Virus record (IMG/VR): IMGVR_UViG_3300037067_011302
Coordinates: 120,220-184,219 of that record
Length of the DNA: 64,000 bases
Direction: 5' to 3' (one strand)
Origin: a virus
Lineage: Duplodnaviria; Caudoviricetes
Below, in pieces: positions 20,114-29,445 of this stretch (the first letter of the stretch is position 1; each line of letters begins with the position of its first letter). The notes under the pieces were generated by a model. It searched no databases, had not been told where the DNA came from, and saw nothing but the letters and a program-made list of their open reading frames with translations. Made by a program: the position numbers and the translations under genes.

Positions 20114-20500
20114 ATGGTAGACGAAAGTAATGATGTTGACAACCGCGAACTTGTTGAAATTGCAAAGGTCAACATCGGCGAGAGGATAAGCAATTTTGCT
20201 TCGTTGCTGGGAAAGCTCACCGGACTCGACGACAAGGCGAAACAATTGTGGACCGAGATCTACGAAAATGCCATCTGCGATCGACAGAACTCGTACGTGA
20301 TGTTCATGCGATTGGCACAGATTTCAGGTGCCAAGAGCACCGAGCACGCAATTCACGGTAAGTCGTTGGCATCGTACATTGAACGCATGCAGAAGGCGAA
20401 CGAACAGTTGCTTCGCCTCGCCGAGCTCGTCGCGAAGGTTGATCGTGAAACTGAACCGATGAACGTCGACGACGTTTTTTCGCAGATCAGGAAGAAGTGA
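20114..20500 (+). CDS. Hypothetical helical protein
   Basis: ORF with GAGGA RBS, in operon. Confidence 0.7.
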   Translation: MVDESNDVDNRELVEIAKVNIGERISNFASLLGKLTGLDDKAKQLWTEIYENAICDRQNSYVMFMRLAQISGAKSTEHAIHGKSLASYIERMQKANEQLLRLAELVAKVDRETEPMNVDDVFSQIRKK

Positions 20501-20505
20501 ACTAG

Positions 20506-22044
20506 ATGCCGCCGAATCGCTACAGCAAGCTGGACAAACAGATAGTCGAGGGCACCGCACATCGTGTAATAAGCGAACGTAACGTGTACGGCGACAACAC
20601 GGGCTCGCCTCCTCCTCCGTTCATGCGATTCGTCGTCATTGAAGTGATATTCGATCCAACGATCGTTGACGACAACAAGGCGGCGTACTTTGAGCATGTG
20701 ATCGGCGTATCAAATCAACAGTACGCTAAGGTGTTGCCACGAAATGCAATAATCGCGCAGCAAGTGATCTATGGAGATGCAAATGCGCCATCCCAACCGA
20801 TGTTCCTGTTTCCGTTCTTTCCTCCTCACTTGTCACTTCCGTGTCAGCCAGGCGAGCACGTTTGGGCGATGTTTGAAAATGCTGGTGGTTCGATCAGCGA
20901 CTTGGGATATTGGTTCTGTCGAATCGTCGAACCAGGATTTGTAGAAGACGTAAATCACACTCACGCTCCACGTTCACTTGATTCAGGCTTTGTCACAACG
21001 ACAAAGGAATCATTCGACGGTCAGGTTCCGCCAAAGTATGAATTCCGTAACGGAATGGCGATGATGACGCCTGACGGTGCGCGCCAGACGATCGCAGAGA
21101 CTGCATTCATGAATGAGGACGAAGGTGTCTATGAGCGATTGATGCACAATTCAGATGCCGGTCGCACGATGACGTACGAGGCGGTTCCTCGCTACAGAAA
21201 ACGTCCTGCTGACGTGACGTTGGAAGGTTGCAACAACACATTGATCGTGCTCGGAAAGGACAGGGTCGGGCCCGCAGCACAGTTCGTCAGTGATGATGAA
21301 TCAAAGTTTGCCGTCGTCGTCCCACAAGAGATCCCAGAACGTGGCGTTGGTGCAATCGACATCGTGGCTGGCAGGGGACAAATTCCTGAGACGGCTGGAA
21401 GTGTTGTCGCGTGTTCATCGATCAACGGAGAGCCAACGGGTCAACTTGAATTGGGCAAATCAACGGTTGAGTTGGTTCCAAATGAAGGTGATCCGGATTT
21501 TTTGCACGATCGTAGCAGAGTGTACGTTGCACAGAAGACACGCGTTGACACCAATTTTGGCCTGTCGTCGTTCAATCTAGCGTTCGGCGCTGGTACAATA
21601 CAAGGAACGAGCGTCAGGGGATCGGAATCTGATGCGTACGTCGGAGATGAAGCAGGAGGTGACGGAGCGGTCGTCGTTAGGTCCGACAAGGTGAGGTTGA
21701 TTGCACGGTCTGACATTGAAATCGTCGTCACGGGAGTGGACTCGAGGGACGCCGAGGGCCGCCTGGTGGCGAGTTCTGACGTGTCGGGGTATGCGTCAAT
21801 AACGATCAAGGCAAATGGTGATATCGTCATGAAACCTTCGGCAAAGGGCTACGTCAAGTTGGGCGGCGACGATGCTGACAAGGGATTGTTGTGCACAGAT
21901 CAACCAGTTGTTGCTCAGGAAGGACTCGTGCAGGGTCCACCACTGATCACGACGATGGGTGGTCAGATCGGTGGAAGCACAGGCGACGGCACGGCGCTCG
22001 TGACCGGTCAGGGTAGGTACGCAGCAAAGGTCTTGGTGAAGTGA
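20506..22044 (+). CDS. Baseplate hub/spike protein (gp5/VgrG-like)
   Basis: PCQPGEHVW (OB fold), DVTLEGCNNTLIVLG, SDKVRLIAR, ITIKANGDIV beta-helix. Lies upstream of gp25. Confidence 0.65.
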   Translation: MPPNRYSKLDKQIVEGTAHRVISERNVYGDNTGSPPPPFMRFVVIEVIFDPTIVDDNKAAYFEHVIGVSNQQYAKVLPRNAIIAQQVIYGDANAPSQPMFLFPFFPPHLSLPCQPGEHVWAMFENAGGSISDLGYWFCRIVEPGFVEDVNHTHAPRSLDSGFVTTTKESFDGQVPPKYEFRNGMAMMTPDGARQTIAETAFMNEDEGVYERLMHNSDAGRTMTYEAVPRYRKRPADVTLEGCNNTLIVLGKDRVGPAAQFVSDDESKFAVVVPQEIPERGVGAIDIVAGRGQIPETAGSVVACSSINGEPTGQLELGKSTVELVPNEGDPDFLHDRSRVYVAQKTRVDTNFGLSSFNLAFGAGTIQGTSVRGSESDAYVGDEAGGDGAVVVRSDKVRLIARSDIEIVVTGVDSRDAEGRLVASSDVSGYASITIKANGDIVMKPSAKGYVKLGGDDADKGLLCTDQPVVAQEGLVQGPPLITTMGGQIGGSTGDGTALVTGQGRYAAKVLVK

Positions 22045-23678
22045 TGGCCGGCGACGGGTGTCAATATCACGCTGGAATCTTGAATCCTGATGGCACGTTG
22101 ACCTACATTGCAAAGCAAAAGTTCATCCGTGAAGTGAAGGACCAACTTGTTCACGGAACTGACAACATGCCGGCCGCACTGATGTTTCCGTGTGGAAAGC
22201 CGGTGCCGCCGAACCCATGGGCTGCGCAACTTGACCTTGAGAACGAAGAAAAGTTTCCCGACTTTCACAAGTACATGTTGGGAAGTTTTGAAAAGATTGC
22301 GCGCGCGCTTGACATGAAGTCCGACTTCAAATTTCTGCCGATATGCTGTCCAGTGTCGCTTGGATTCGTGCTCGATGCCAACATCGAACTTGATTTCGTG
22401 GATGGCTTCATTCCGTTCTTTTCGCCAGCGCTTCCGCTCCTCGCCGTCAAGCTCGACATCATGCCTCCTCCGAAGTTGGCCGTCAAGTTACCCGGGCTTC
22501 CTCAGATTCCTCCTCCGATTCCGAAGTTTGAACTGCCGACGTTCGATCCTGAATTGTTGATCGACTTGTTTAACTTCAACATGTCGTTTATACTCGGCAT
22601 TCCTAAGTTCATAGCAAACCTGGCACTCAACATTCCAAAGTTGATCCTCAAATTGCCGAGCGTTCCTGACCTATTCAAGGAGATCTGTACGATCGCATTT
22701 GACTCTGACCTGTTCGGTGACATCGATAGTCGGTCGATCGTTGAGATCACGTCGGTGAAGGTCCTGACGACGAGGGTCGCTGAGATGTCGTTCATTGCGG
22801 CAACTGGTACCACGGTGGGTTCATCACAGGGAGGAATCGTCGGTGGACTCGGCCGCGAGCTCGGATACGTTCCGCCCGATCCTGTGCCGCCCGACAAGAA
22901 GAATGAAACGATCAGAGAACGCATTATCACCAGAGCGAGGGAAAGCGTCGGGTTGTCATACGGTGACATCACAAAGAGACAAGATTATACGTACCTGTTA
23001 TTGCCTGCAGAATGTAGCAGTCAAGTTCCTGGTGATTGTGGAAAGTTTCAGACGACGCCATTTGCCGAAAACATGGCTAGCACAGCATCGTCTTGTGGCA
23101 TGTTTGCACGAGCGTGTTTGGCTAACGCTGGGTGCACACATAGGTTGATCACCGGCATGTATGACTTAAAGTGGACCAGCACCATTGACTATGAAATCGA
23201 CAACATGCCAAATGAAAAGCGTCTAAAGATTCGACCGTACAAGGTGAGGTACTCTCCTCAAGGTGAGAGCTTTCCTGTCCCGTTGAAAAAGGGCGACATA
23301 ATCATCATAGGTCTTGGCGGCGGCGGTGTTCAAAGTGCTATCGATGACATCCAACACGTTTTGATCGTTGAGGAAGATCACAACGGTGACATTCGTACCT
23401 CGCTGAAGGCGATCGCCGGAGGACAATCAGATCCAAACAATAAGAAGTACGGCGATGGTGGCACATTCAGTCTACAACCGACTGCGATCGATCGATACGA
23501 ATATAAGTCGGTCGTCGTAGGATCGACAGAGGTCACCGCCCTTCGACGTGCAGCTATAGGTCCAAAAGGTCAGTTTGTTTGGGCACTCGGTGAGGGAATT
23601 AAGTCGAAGGCCATCTATTCGATCTACGACGCCGATGAATTCGCCAAGTACCTCGGGAGCACGTTCCCAACGTCATAA
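22041..23678 (+). CDS. Baseplate-associated protein with Pro-rich region and C-terminal papain-like (NlpC/P60/CHAP) domain
   Basis: SSCGMFARAC...KKGDIIII...QHVLIV gives a Cys-His dyad pattern. Confidence 0.55.
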   Translation: MMAGDGCQYHAGILNPDGTLTYIAKQKFIREVKDQLVHGTDNMPAALMFPCGKPVPPNPWAAQLDLENEEKFPDFHKYMLGSFEKIARALDMKSDFKFLPICCPVSLGFVLDANIELDFVDGFIPFFSPALPLLAVKLDIMPPPKLAVKLPGLPQIPPPIPKFELPTFDPELLIDLFNFNMSFILGIPKFIANLALNIPKLILKLPSVPDLFKEICTIAFDSDLFGDIDSRSIVEITSVKVLTTRVAEMSFIAATGTTVGSSQGGIVGGLGRELGYVPPDPVPPDKKNETIRERIITRARESVGLSYGDITKRQDYTYLLLPAECSSQVPGDCGKFQTTPFAENMASTASSCGMFARACLANAGCTHRLITGMYDLKWTSTIDYEIDNMPNEKRLKIRPYKVRYSPQGESFPVPLKKGDIIIIGLGGGGVQSAIDDIQHVLIVEEDHNGDIRTSLKAIAGGQSDPNNKKYGDGGTFSLQPTAIDRYEYKSVVVGSTEVTALRRAAIGPKGQFVWALGEGIKSKAIYSIYDADEFAKYLGSTFPTS

Positions 23679-23686
23679 TTAGATGC

Positions 23687-24154
23687 ATGGGAACGTATAG
23701 CTTCAAGAGCAGCGGAAAAACGAGCGTTCAAAAAGTTGATGAAACGCCTGCAGAAACGCCTCTACCGATCGGCATCGTCACTCCTCTCAGGCTCGGAGAT
23801 CAACACGGTTTTTTGGCGATGCACACATCGCTCGCTGATCAAATGCACGACAACCTGAGAAACTTACTTCTCACAAATTGGGGCAGTAGACTAGGACAGT
23901 TTGACCTCGGAGGAAACTTACGACCATTGTTATCAGAGTTCACGACGCAGGATGACTTTGACACTCAGGCGATCGAACGAATACGTAGTGCTGTAGGAAA
24001 GTGGATGTCATTCATATCATTGAACGATTTTTCTTCTGTCGTTGACCACGTTGACAACAAGCACACGGGAACCGTATTACTGACAATCACGTACGACATT
24101 CCTCTACTGAACGTCAAGGGACGCAAGTTGTTGCTCACTCTCTATGTGATGTAG
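23687..24154 (+). CDS. Baseplate wedge gp25/GPW-like protein
   Basis: NLRNLLLTNWGSR...GGNLRPLL...IRSAVGKWM. Confidence 0.85.
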   Translation: MGTYSFKSSGKTSVQKVDETPAETPLPIGIVTPLRLGDQHGFLAMHTSLADQMHDNLRNLLLTNWGSRLGQFDLGGNLRPLLSEFTTQDDFDTQAIERIRSAVGKWMSFISLNDFSSVVDHVDNKHTGTVLLTITYDIPLLNVKGRKLLLTLYVM

Positions 24155-24156
24155 GA

Positions 24157-24699
24157 TCAATGATCTCTTTCTAGTTCTTCTTCAATATCTAGAAGATCTG
24201 CCCAAAAACCATTTCCTTCTGAATCCTCACCAGCGAGCGTAAAATCGAAACCATCACCGCCCGTAGCATCAATGAGTTGTTGGAGTGAATCATATCCCTC
24301 GCTATTCATAGTTTCTTGAATTTTCTTTTGAACGTTGCGAGGCAGTGCATTGAACGCAGCATCATAATCAAAAGCGTCTTTCGCACCAGGAACGTTAAAT
24401 TCAATCCATCCTGGATCATTCGGTAGTGGACCGTTATTTCCATTCATGTCTGCACAAGATGGATGATAATGAAACTTTATTCCGTTGCCTCGTGGTGTGC
24501 CAAAGTCATCTTCTGTTGAAGTGCCAAAAATATCATCGTGTTGTTTCTTAGAGAACGCATCACATCCTACGTTTGGACACTCAACGCTGTTCATTCCAAT
24601 GTACGCGTCTTTTCCACCACATTGTGGACACGTTGCCTCGTGGACAATGTGTTCAATGAGAGTACGTAGTCGTTTCATTGACAATTTCATAGTCTTCAT
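24157..24699 (-). CDS. Putative internal virion protein with leader helix and zinc ribbon
   Basis: MKTMKLSMKRLRTLIEHIVHE, then CPQCGGKDAYIGMNSVEC. Paralog of 38687..39364. Confidence 0.7.
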   Translation of the reverse strand: MKTMKLSMKRLRTLIEHIVHEATCPQCGGKDAYIGMNSVECPNVGCDAFSKKQHDDIFGTSTEDDFGTPRGNGIKFHYHPSCADMNGNNGPLPNDPGWIEFNVPGAKDAFDYDAAFNALPRNVQKKIQETMNSEGYDSLQQLIDATGGDGFDFTLAGEDSEGNGFWADLLDIEEELERDH

Positions 24700-24828
24700 G
24701 GTATAGTTTGACTCCAAATGTTAAATATTAGCTTTTTTCAGTGCACATAACAATTAACCTGTCACGATTGTGACGCAATCTACGAAGCAGGAAGAGTTGG
24801 AACCCACGACGATACCTACAATAGGCAC

Positions 24829-26673
24829 ATGACTCTCAAGCGTGATGATCTCAAGAGCGTGCGACAACGTAGGTACGTCGCAAAGGACTTCGATGGACTA
24901 CGTGCTCTGTTGTTGGAATACGTTCGCCTTTACTATCCCGACAGGATCAAAGATTTTTCTGAGACGTCTGTCGGTGGAATGTTTCTTGAGCTCGCCGCGT
25001 ATGTAGGCGACAATCTATCGTTTTACCTCGATCACCAGTACGGTGAGCTCAATCCTACGACCGCCGTCGAGACGACGAACATCGAACGTGCACTGAAGAT
25101 TGCCGGCGTGCCGATCGTCGGAGCGGCTCCGGCACTCGTTTCTGTGATGTGCTACGTTCAGGTGCCCGCAGAAAAGGTTTCAAACGTTCAGGGACCGATG
25201 ACGTCAGCAATTCCAACAGCACTGGCTGGTTCAATATTTTCGGCTGACAATGGCACGGTGTTCATTCTGTTGGAGGACATTGACTTCAATAAGAAACGTT
25301 CCGACGGAAAGTACGTTGCCGACGTACGTGTAAGTCAAAAGACGACAACGGGAGTTCCGACATCGTACGTCATGGCGTTGGCTGGACTGTGCATTTCTGG
25401 TGCTGAGACGACGGAAAGCGTCACATTGTCGGGTCCATTTGAGGCATTCAAGAAGATCACGCTTTCATACGCAAATGTATCGGAAATCGTTAGTGTGTAC
25501 GACGATCTAGGAAACACATACTATCAGGTCAATTCACTGTCTCACGATGTCGTCTACAAGAATGTCTTGAACACCTCAAAGGACACCGACCTCGTGAAGG
25601 ATGTCATCAAGATCATTCCTGCGCCGTATAGGTTCATTACGTCAGTCGACCTAGCATCAAGGAGGACGACATTGACGATGGGAGGAGGCAGCGCTGACAC
25701 GTTGGAAGACGATGTAATTCCTGATCCTGCCGACTTTGCAATATCGTTCCCATACAGCAAGACATTCTCAAGGATCTCAATAGATCCGAACAAACTGTTG
25801 CAGACGAAGACGCTCGGCGTCTGTGCAACTGACACAACGTTGTCGATCACGTACAGGTACGGTGGAGGACTCAGCCACAGCGTTCCACCCAACACGATTC
25901 GAACCGTCAAATCGTTGAAGATGCAATTTCCAAACAGTCCACAACCGGCAACTGCATCACAGGTTCGTACGAGCCTTGAGGTCTCAAATCCGCGTGAGGC
26001 GGCAGGAAGCGACGATGCTCCGACCGCGGACGAGTTGAAGATGCTGATTCCTCAATATAGGAGCGCTCAGGAACGAATCGTTTCACGTGAAGATCTGCTT
26101 GCACGAGTGTACACATTGCCATCAAACTTTGGGCGTGTGTTTAGGGCAGCTGTCAGGTCGAATCCAAACAATCCATTGGCACTACAGTTGTTCATCATCT
26201 CAAGGAACGCCGACAGTCAATTGATCGTGTCTCCTGACACGCTCAAGCAGAACCTGAGGACGTACCTAAATCCGTACAGATCAATTTCAGATGCCATTGA
26301 TGTCATTGATGCCAGAGTCATCAACGTAAAGTTAGACTTCGACGTCCTGTTGGATCCGTCGTTGAACAAGAGCATCGTCATGCAGACGATCCTCAAGAAG
26401 TTGCAGAAGACGATGGACATCAAGAACTTCCAAATCGATCAACCGATCGTGATTGAAGACGTGAGAGACGTCATCTTCTCAACGCCCGGTGTCGTGTCGG
26501 TGAATGGAATAAAGTTCGACAGTGTGAACGGCATTGTCGGCACTCGAACGTATAGTACAGAAGTGTTTGACGTTGCTGCAAATACAAACAAAGGAATCAT
26601 ATTCCCAACGGGAGGCGCAATCTTTGAGTGTCGCTATCCAGAATATGACATCACCGGAAAGGTAACTGGTTAA
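24829..26673 (+). CDS. Baseplate wedge protein (T4 gp6 / baseplate J-like)
   Basis: KDFDGLRALL..Y...YYP...DFSETSVGGMFLELAAYVGD.LSFYLD, YRYGGG, AQERIVSRED. Confidence 0.88.
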   Translation: MTLKRDDLKSVRQRRYVAKDFDGLRALLLEYVRLYYPDRIKDFSETSVGGMFLELAAYVGDNLSFYLDHQYGELNPTTAVETTNIERALKIAGVPIVGAAPALVSVMCYVQVPAEKVSNVQGPMTSAIPTALAGSIFSADNGTVFILLEDIDFNKKRSDGKYVADVRVSQKTTTGVPTSYVMALAGLCISGAETTESVTLSGPFEAFKKITLSYANVSEIVSVYDDLGNTYYQVNSLSHDVVYKNVLNTSKDTDLVKDVIKIIPAPYRFITSVDLASRRTTLTMGGGSADTLEDDVIPDPADFAISFPYSKTFSRISIDPNKLLQTKTLGVCATDTTLSITYRYGGGLSHSVPPNTIRTVKSLKMQFPNSPQPATASQVRTSLEVSNPREAAGSDDAPTADELKMLIPQYRSAQERIVSREDLLARVYTLPSNFGRVFRAAVRSNPNNPLALQLFIISRNADSQLIVSPDTLKQNLRTYLNPYRSISDAIDVIDARVINVKLDFDVLLDPSLNKSIVMQTILKKLQKTMDIKNFQIDQPIVIEDVRDVIFSTPGVVSVNGIKFDSVNGIVGTRTYSTEVFDVAANTNKGIIFPTGGAIFECRYPEYDITGKVTG

Positions 26674-28190
26674 TGTATCGCATCTATCGTGCCGACAAGG
26701 ACGCATACATCACGGATCGCGTGATCAACACGGTGCGTCGCACCGGAGCAAACACTGGTAGGTGTGGTACGCTTGACCTGTTTAAGTTGTACGGGTACAA
26801 CGTCAGCGGTTCATCTGCAGAACCACTGTATGAACTCTCGAGGTTACTTGTCCACTTTGACATCACTGGACTACGAACGTTGTTCGACGACGGGAAGTTT
26901 GATCCTGGAAATTCGAGCTTTTCATGCACTCTCAAGTTGTTCGACGTCTACGGTGGACAACCCACACCTGCAAATTTTACCGTCACGGCGTCACCATTGT
27001 CACGCTCGTTTGACGAAGGCTTGGGACGTGACCTCGTGCAGTACGCCGACACGGATGCGTGCAACTTTCTGACGGCTTCATGGACATCAGGCAGCTGGTA
27101 TGCAAGTGGGTGCGGCCTCGGCGGCGTGTCTGGGCAGTCTGTCGATTTCATTACGTCATCGTTGGCAGGAACTTCACTATCGTCAGAACAACTGTTTCAC
27201 ACCGGTGAAGAGGACCTTGAACTTGACGTCACGACTGTCATTTCTGCAACGTTGGCAGGCACGATCGACGATCACGGGTTTAGAATTGCACTGTCGTCTA
27301 GCCTAGAGGACGACGTTCACACCTACTTCGTCAAGAGATTTGCGTCTCGTCACGCGTACGATGAAAGCAAGCACCCAAGGTTGATCGTCAGGTACGATGA
27401 TTCAATCGAGGACGATTCGCAAGACCTGTACCTCGACGCAACCAGCACGTTGTTCATGCACAATTACGTCAGAGGAGTGCACGCAATATTAGCGTCAGGT
27501 TCGGCGTTGACGCCGATCACGGGAACAAACTGCGTGATCCTAAAATTGTCGACTGACATTTCAGGCGGTACATACACGTTGGCGTTCTCGGGTTCTCAAC
27601 ACTTCTCTGGCATCAACGCGGTGATGGGTGTCTATTCAGCGAGCGTCTACATTCCATCGACGAATGCGAACGTCATCTCAAAGTTGGCACTGTCAAGTTC
27701 AATCGCGTTCACGCCAGTGTGGGGTTCCGTTGATGGTTCTGTCGGGTACGTGACCGGGTCAACGATCTATGCGTACCCTGCGCAACGTGTTGCTGCAACG
27801 ATCGATTCGTCTAGGTACCACGTCAACATTTATGGTCTCAGGGAGAGCTACAACACGACTGACACAATCTCTGCACGTGTTAACGTGCTTGACCATTCAT
27901 CGCCGACGATCAGGCTGGTGAAGACACCTGTCGAACTTCCTGGAGTCGTCCTACGCGATGTTCACTTTCAGGTCCGCGACGCTGTGACGAACGTCATCGA
28001 GATTCCATTTGACACGGTGTACAATTCAACGAGGTGCTCGAGCGATTCAATGGGAATGTATTTTTCGATTGACGCATCGTCGTTGACGAAGGATCGTTCA
28101 TACGTTGTGGACGTGTCAATGAACGTCGGCGATGGAAGGCACGTCTACAAGGCAGCATCTCCTACGTTTAGAGTGAGCGACGTTCAGTGA
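26673..28190 (+). CDS. Virion structural protein (baseplate region)
   Basis: Coupled to the wedge gene (TAATG). KDAYIT, SRLLVHFD, HPRLIVRYDD; beta-rich. Confidence 0.7.
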   Translation: MYRIYRADKDAYITDRVINTVRRTGANTGRCGTLDLFKLYGYNVSGSSAEPLYELSRLLVHFDITGLRTLFDDGKFDPGNSSFSCTLKLFDVYGGQPTPANFTVTASPLSRSFDEGLGRDLVQYADTDACNFLTASWTSGSWYASGCGLGGVSGQSVDFITSSLAGTSLSSEQLFHTGEEDLELDVTTVISATLAGTIDDHGFRIALSSSLEDDVHTYFVKRFASRHAYDESKHPRLIVRYDDSIEDDSQDLYLDATSTLFMHNYVRGVHAILASGSALTPITGTNCVILKLSTDISGGTYTLAFSGSQHFSGINAVMGVYSASVYIPSTNANVISKLALSSSIAFTPVWGSVDGSVGYVTGSTIYAYPAQRVAATIDSSRYHVNIYGLRESYNTTDTISARVNVLDHSSPTIRLVKTPVELPGVVLRDVHFQVRDAVTNVIEIPFDTVYNSTRCSSDSMGMYFSIDASSLTKDRSYVVDVSMNVGDGRHVYKAASPTFRVSDVQ

Positions 28191-28219
28191 GGTATTATCT
28201 CTCTTGCTATGGAGTAATT

Positions 28220-29419
28220 GTGTCTCATTTATCACACAAAATCAGGCTATATCCGAACAAACAGGTCTTGAACTATTTCGTTCAAGCCGTGGGTACGGCG
28301 CGATTTTCCTGGAATTGGGCACTTGCTAAGTGGCAGGAACTCTATAAAAAAGGCGTCAAGGATCTTTCAGGATACACACTCGATAAGGAATTCAATAGGA
28401 TCAAAAAGGAAGAATTTCCTTGGACGAAAGAAATAGCTGCGCATATTACTGATGTGTCGATTCAAAATCTTGGAAATGCGTTCAAGAGGTTCTTTAATAA
28501 GAAATCGGGATATCCAAAATTCAAGAAGAGAGGTGTTTCAAAGGAATCATTCTATGTTAGGTTGAACAATTCGAAAGTCGTAGGTAAGTTTCTAAGGATT
28601 CCACGTCTCAAGTCATCAATTCGAATGGCTGAAGAAGTGAGGTTTCCTGGAAAGATCAAAAGTGCGGTGATCTCGAAGGGTTCCAACGGAAATTGGTACG
28701 CATCCTTTGGGATCGAGTTGGATGAGTCATACGTCTATCCACACAAGTGTGAGAGCCAAGCACGAGTTGGTGTGGACCTCGGAATCAAGACGCTCGCCGT
28801 CTGTTCCAACGGAACAAGGTTTGAGAACCCGAAGTGTTACAGGACACGTGAGAGGAAGATCAGGTCGTTGAGCCAATCTCTCTGCCGAAAGAAGAGAGGT
28901 TCTTCGAACCGGATGAAGGCACGGATTAAGTTAGCATGTGCTCACGTGAGGATCAGGCGGATTAGATTGGACGCAATTCATAAGATGACCTCTATGATCG
29001 TGAAAAGGTTCAAAGTGATCTGCATCGAGGATCTCAACGTTAAAGGCATGCTCAAGAACCACTGTCTTGCGAAGTCAATTTCTGACGCATCATTTTCTGA
29101 GATTCGGCGTCAATTGGTGTACAAGTCGAAGTTGAGTGGGTCAAAGTTGATCATCGTGAATAGATTTTTCCCATCGAGCAAGTTGTGTTCCGATTGCGGA
29201 CACAAGATGGAAGAACTTGATCTCTCGATCCGTGAATGGGTGTGTCCTGAATGTGGTGTTGTTCACGATCGTGACCTGAACGCTGCACAAAATTTGGAAA
29301 AGTGGGTCGCCCCGGGACATGAGGAGACCAAAAACGCCCGTGGAGATGGTGTTAGACGAGCGAGGGTTCGCAAGAACCCACGTGAGCAGCTGTCTGTGAA
29401 GCAGGAAGTCACATTGTGA
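28220..29419 (+). CDS. tnpB: RNA-guided endonuclease TnpB (IS605 OrfB type, family 2 here)
   Basis: HKIRLYPN HTH, VGVDLGIK, CIEDLN, FFPSSKLCSDCG..CPECG..HDRDLNAA. Confidence 0.95.
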   Translation: MSHLSHKIRLYPNKQVLNYFVQAVGTARFSWNWALAKWQELYKKGVKDLSGYTLDKEFNRIKKEEFPWTKEIAAHITDVSIQNLGNAFKRFFNKKSGYPKFKKRGVSKESFYVRLNNSKVVGKFLRIPRLKSSIRMAEEVRFPGKIKSAVISKGSNGNWYASFGIELDESYVYPHKCESQARVGVDLGIKTLAVCSNGTRFENPKCYRTRERKIRSLSQSLCRKKRGSSNRMKARIKLACAHVRIRRIRLDAIHKMTSMIVKRFKVICIEDLNVKGMLKNHCLAKSISDASFSEIRRQLVYKSKLSGSKLIIVNRFFPSSKLCSDCGHKMEELDLSIREWVCPECGVVHDRDLNAAQNLEKWVAPGHEETKNARGDGVRRARVRKNPREQLSVKQEVTL

Positions 29420-29445
29420 CATATCAGAGGATCAGATGACGACGA
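29305..29445 (+). ncRNA. omegaRNA of TnpB family 2; scaffold ends near TCA 29426, guide (G)AGGATCAGATGACGACG
   Basis: Hairpins GGGTTC-GCAA-GAACCC and GTCAC-ATT-GTGAC. Conserved with the copies at 34155 and 59152. Confidence 0.7.

Noticed and set aside
28127-28140. 13/14 match (CGGCGATGGAAGGC) to the 62.6-kb orphan guide, suggesting self-targeting
   Set aside because: The mismatch is in the seed, the match stops at 14 nt, the upstream flank (AACGT) differs from GCCGA/GTCGA, and both sites simply encode GDGR.
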